A DNA stretch of 64,000 nt, taken from the NCBI GenBank assembly GCA_918797485.1, contig CAKKNE010000002.1, positions 5,518,001 to 5,582,000 of the forward strand. The letters are read 5' to 3'. Below are positions 60,049 through 64,000 of the stretch, piece after piece. The notes under the pieces were generated by a model. That model made no database searches, was not told the DNA's origin, and saw only the letters and a list, made by a program, of their open reading frames with translations. This stretch comes from Pelagomonas calceolata (taxonomy: Eukaryota). A program made the position numbers and the translations under genes. The stretch's first letter is position 1. Every line of letters starts with the position of its first letter.

Positions 60049-62313
60049 ATGGGCCGCGGCGACGAGCGCGTCCTGCGCATGGCGCTGCGCAACGTCCTGC
60101 GGGCCACCAGCCACGAGGACGCCCTGGGCGTAACTCGGGGCTGCCCCGCGGCGGACGTGACCGAGGCCTACCGGGACATGGCCATCCTGTGCCACCCCGA
60201 CAAGGTCGCGGCCGGTCTGCGCGGCGATGCGGGTGTGGCGATGTCGCGGCTGAACGCGGCGCGCGACGCGCTCCTGAGCAAGAGCAGGGAGACAGCGCCG
60301 CCGCCGCAGCGCCTCCGCGTCGTCGCCCGGAGCGCGACGTCGCTCGACCTCGCCTGGGACGGCGCCGGGCCCTTCGAGCTGCAGTGGCGCCCGGCCTCCT
60401 CACCAAATTGGCTCGGGACGCGCCTATCGGGCAACGCGTGCCGCAAGAAGAACCTCGCGGGCGGCGCATCTTATACTTTCCGCGTCCGCGCCGCGGCGGG
60501 GTCGGCGTGGTCGCGCGTCGTCGCCGGGACGACGCTGCGGCACGCAAACCGCGCCGAGGGCGACGAGCTGCGGCGCGCGGCGCGGGAGCGGGTCGACGCG
60601 AAGCGGGCGGCTGCCGCGGCGCGCGCTGAGGCCGCGCGCCAGGAGGCCGCGCGCCGCCTCGTCGCGGAACGGGAACGCCTGGCGGCGATGAAGGCGCAGG
60701 CGGCCGCGCGCCGCGTCGCCGCCGCCCGCGCCGGCTTCAGGAGCGCGGCTTCAGGAGCGGGCGAATGCGGTGCCGCTCCGGAGCCGCCGGCTGCGCCTGT
60801 CGAACGCGGCGCCGCCGCGGAGCCACCGGCGCCGCCGGCCGCGCGGGACGCACGGTCCGTCGAGGCGCGCCCCCAAAAGTCAGCGAGCTGGCGTGCGGAG
60901 AAGCGCATAGCCGAAGAACAACGCATCGCCGCCGAAAAAGCCGCCGAAGATATGCGCCGCAAGGAGGAGGCTCGGATCGCGGAAGCGGGCGAGGCCGCGC
61001 CGCGGGCCGCGCCCGTGACGCCGCCCGAGGGGCACCGTGACCAAGCCGCACAAGAAGAAGACGACGACCGCTTCGCGCACGAGCCGCCCTTCGCGACGAG
61101 CCCGCCGCGGAAACGGCCGCCGCGGGCCGAGGCGCCGCCCGTCGTGACGCCCCCGGCGACGCCGCCGGAGCCGGAGGATGACAAGCCGGACGACAGCCGG
61201 CCCTTCTCGCACGCCAAGCCGCTGAGTCCGATGCCGCCGGACGCACACGACAAGCAGCAAAATTATGTGAAGTGGTTCGTGCGGCCCCGCGCGCCGTCGA
61301 AAACGCAACAACCGCCGCCACACCGCGAAGTCCGCGCGCACCGGACGTGTTTAGATCATGCGCGCATGGTCAGCTGCGTCGCTTCACTGACAAAGGATAG
61401 GGTCGTGAGCGGCTCCTTCGACCGCACGCTGAAGATCTGGAACGCTGAGGACGGTGCCTTGCTCAAGACGCTGAGCGGCCATTCCCGATACGTCCAGTGC
61501 GTCGCGGCGCTGGGCGACGACCGCGTCGTTTCTGGAAGTTGCGACGGCACGGCTAGAGTCTGGGACTGCGATTCCGGGGAGTGCGTGCACGTGCTGCGGG
61601 GCCACTCGGCGCTCGTGACATGTATGTCCGTCCTCTCTGATGAAAGAATGCTGGTCACGGGCTCCTTCGACCACACGCTGGAGGTCTGGGATACGTTATC
61701 ATCGAAGAACGTCGGTACGTTATTAGGTCACGCGGACCGCGTCTGGTGCTGCGTCGCTCTGGCGAACGACTGGGTCGTTTCTGGAAGTTTCGACTGCACG
61801 TTGCGGGTCTGGGACGTCGAGCAGGCGCGGTGTCTGTCTACCTTGAAAGGGCACCGGGACCGCGTGTGGTGTGTGGTGGCGTTGAGTAGATGCAGGGTCG
61901 CGTCGGGGTCCCTGGACCGGACGCTGCGGGTCTGGGACTGTATTACTGGAAATTGTCTCGGCGTCCTCGAGGGGCATTCCAGGGAGGTGCGGTGCGTCGT
62001 TTCATTGAAGGACGACGTGCTGGCTTCGAGTGGCGACGACCGCTCCATCAAAGTCTGGGACCTCTCCGATTATAAGTGTAGGCGCACCCTCAACGGCCAC
62101 GGCCACTTCGTTACTGGTCTCGCGGTGCTCGCGGACGGCCGCCTCGCGTCGGCGTCGCACGACCGCACGCTGAAGATCTGGGACGCCTTACAGGGGAGGC
62201 GCCTCGCGACGCTCGCCGGCCACGCGCACGTCGTCGAGCGCGTCGCCGTCCTCCCCGGCGGCCGCCTCGCGTCGGGGTCCCACGACCGCTCGCTCAAGGT
62301 CTGGAAGTTCTAA
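60049..62313 (+). CDS. DnaJ + FN3-like + WD40 protein
   Basis: AYRDMAILCHPDK; SATSLDLAW...YTFRVRA; about eight GH..V..V....RVVSGSFD.TL.VWD repeats. Confidence 0.88.
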   Translation: MGRGDERVLRMALRNVLRATSHEDALGVTRGCPAADVTEAYRDMAILCHPDKVAAGLRGDAGVAMSRLNAARDALLSKSRETAPPPQRLRVVARSATSLDLAWDGAGPFELQWRPASSPNWLGTRLSGNACRKKNLAGGASYTFRVRAAAGSAWSRVVAGTTLRHANRAEGDELRRAARERVDAKRAAAAARAEAARQEAARRLVAERERLAAMKAQAAARRVAAARAGFRSAASGAGECGAAPEPPAAPVERGAAAEPPAPPAARDARSVEARPQKSASWRAEKRIAEEQRIAAEKAAEDMRRKEEARIAEAGEAAPRAAPVTPPEGHRDQAAQEEDDDRFAHEPPFATSPPRKRPPRAEAPPVVTPPATPPEPEDDKPDDSRPFSHAKPLSPMPPDAHDKQQNYVKWFVRPRAPSKTQQPPPHREVRAHRTCLDHARMVSCVASLTKDRVVSGSFDRTLKIWNAEDGALLKTLSGHSRYVQCVAALGDDRVVSGSCDGTARVWDCDSGECVHVLRGHSALVTCMSVLSDERMLVTGSFDHTLEVWDTLSSKNVGTLLGHADRVWCCVALANDWVVSGSFDCTLRVWDVEQARCLSTLKGHRDRVWCVVALSRCRVASGSLDRTLRVWDCITGNCLGVLEGHSREVRCVVSLKDDVLASSGDDRSIKVWDLSDYKCRRTLNGHGHFVTGLAVLADGRLASASHDRTLKIWDALQGRRLATLAGHAHVVERVAVLPGGRLASGSHDRSLKVWKF

Positions 62314-62322
62314 CAAAAACTA

Positions 62323-63018
62323 TTAGTAAGCCTGTCGCCCGAAGCAGCACTTCCAACACGCCATACATAATGGCCGGCCGACCGTCCAGACCAACCCACA
62401 GACCTTCCGCAGCACGAGTAACACGCCGCGCCCGCCGCCCGGCATATTCATCAGCGCGGTCCAGGCGAGGCCGCCGATCTGCATGGAGGCGAAGACGACC
62501 GTGAGGATATAGGACCGTCGTATGCAGGCCGCCCAGAGCGTCAATAACAAATTCAAAGCGTAGGCCAGCGCGTAGGGCAGCCTCTTTGAGTTGAGAAAAC
62601 TCCGCAGGAAGGGCTTCACGCCCCGGACCACCGCGAGCGCCATGCAGAAGAAGATGCTGCCCGTCGTGAACGCGAGCGCGAACTTCTGGGGTCGTATTAC
62701 CAAAATAGGTAGCCCCAGCGTGAACGCGAGCGTGAACATGACCAGAGAGGTCACGAGCAGCAGCGCGAACGCCCGGAACCGCCGCGCGGCCGCGCCGGTG
62801 GCCTCGGCCGCGCCCTCGTACTTTTCGTGGGCCCAGGGCGTCCAGGCGGCGAGTTTATCTTCTGCTCTATCTAGTACAGCATCCGCCCGGTCGACGACAT
62901 GATCTAAATTGGTGAGATTTAGCAGGTAGGACGCGAGGTCGTCTTCACTGTTGTCGTAGTAGCCGGCCTCCTCGTCCTGCACGTCGTCGAGCCAGCGGGA
63001 GAACTTGGTGTAGGACAT
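62323..63018 (-). CDS. SFT2: Got1/Sft2-like vesicle transport protein
   Basis: RFRAFALL...IRPQKFALAFTTGS...RLPYALAY...MPGG; four transmembrane segments. Confidence 0.85.
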   Translation of the reverse strand: MSYTKFSRWLDDVQDEEAGYYDNSEDDLASYLLNLTNLDHVVDRADAVLDRAEDKLAAWTPWAHEKYEGAAEATGAAARRFRAFALLLVTSLVMFTLAFTLGLPILVIRPQKFALAFTTGSIFFCMALAVVRGVKPFLRSFLNSKRLPYALAYALNLLLTLWAACIRRSYILTVVFASMQIGGLAWTALMNMPGGGRGVLLVLRKVCGLVWTVGRPLCMACWKCCFGRQAY

Positions 63019-63520
63019 GTTGTTTGGTGTGCAAAGCTGTCCTGCTTACTGAGTTTGTTGAGAGGCTTAGGACTGCGCCCCCTGGCGCACGTATGATAGG
63101 AGTAGAAGATGCCAGTCGCTGCCGGACTCTCAAGGCTGTATCCAGCGGGGTAAAAGCCTGAACAAGCGTGAAAGCGCCGAGCTAGCGGCCGGGAAGACAC
63201 TAGAGAAATCACATCCTGATGGGGGGCGTCCCGAAGAGGGGGGGGCGTGCGAGTCCCTGTGACTCAGCCCTTGCGTCCTAGTCCAGCCGGACGGGTGGGC
63301 CCGGGGGGAGCGGGAGGGGTACGGGGGACCCCGCGACGTAACTAGCCTGAGCCTTAATCACAAACAGCTAGCCTCGGCGACTAGGACGGGTCTAGAACGG
63401 GTTCGGGGAGGGCTCGGGTACGCCAGTGACTCGTAAAACTACGATGGGAATAATTAAAAACGACAGGATACAGTTCGAAATTTTCGACAAGAGACAGTGC
63501 GCAGGTCCTGCGCGCTATCG

Positions 63521-64000
63521 CTATGGGGGACCGGCCGGCGCCTCGCCCGGGGCGCTCCGACAGACCACCGCGTGGCCCGCGTCGACGAGCGCCGCGTTCA
63601 TGATGCCGCCGATGCCAAAGGCCGGCGCCATGCGGATGCCGAACGCCACGACGGTCGCCGGCGCCACACGCCAGACGTCCCGTATTCTTTCCGCTACAGT
63701 AGCGACGGGCGCGTTGTACATGTTTAGGGCTAATAAGTGCACGGGCGCACACACCCCCTGCATGGCCACGGGCGACACCATCTGCGCACACGCTTGCGCA
63801 CTCACTGGATCCATGGCGCCACTACTTGAAATGCCCTTGGCCAGCATCTTTGGTAGCGTAAACGACGAAAAGATCGTGATGAGGTCTCTTGAGAGAAATA
63901 ACCCATACGACGCGAAGGGCATGGCCTTCTTGCCCGCGCCACTGCCGCCGTACATCTTGGCGAATGCGACATCTTTAGCAATACAAGCGGACGCGTTGAC
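63521..64000 (-). CDS. Conserved membrane protein, 5' part outside the window
   Basis: Frame is open to the window edge: SYGLFLSRDLITIFSSFTLP...APVHLLALNMYN...RMAPAFGIGGIMN. Confidence 0.7.
   Translation of the reverse strand, partial: VNASACIAKDVAFAKMYGGSGAGKKAMPFASYGLFLSRDLITIFSSFTLPKMLAKGISSSGAMDPVSAQACAQMVSPVAMQGVCAPVHLLALNMYNAPVATVAERIRDVWRVAPATVVAFGIRMAPAFGIGGIMNAALVDAGHAVVCRSAPGEAPAGPP

Overview
GC-rich, very gene-dense eukaryotic nuclear DNA with about 40 protein genes, many intronless, and very short spacers. Bipartite plastid-targeting peptides, introns bounded by terminal inverted repeats (TIRs) and a selenoprotein suggest a pelagophyte alga of the Pelagomonas/Aureococcus type (inference). 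Housekeeping genes include RPL10A, RPL36A/L44, PRP31, DDX24/MAK5, CTF18, DPY30, OMA1-like, SFT2 and PI-PLC. Four highlights: (1) a ~2085-aa NLR-like protein with an N-myristoylation motif, a NACHT NTPase with a RelA/SpoT-like nucleotidyltransferase inserted into it, ~14 WD40 repeats and ~18 ankyrin repeats; (2) a hidden ER thioredoxin/PDI-like selenoprotein with three in-frame TGA codons (G-U-G-U-U) and a SECIS-like hairpin, which the ORF track splits in two; (3) a family of introner elements with 15-16 bp TIRs and 8-bp target-site duplications that form introns in both orientations; (4) a recurring CTAGTG(T/C)CTT-n-GCTAGC motif upstream of gene starts. All calls come from reading the sequence by eye; no database searches were run.
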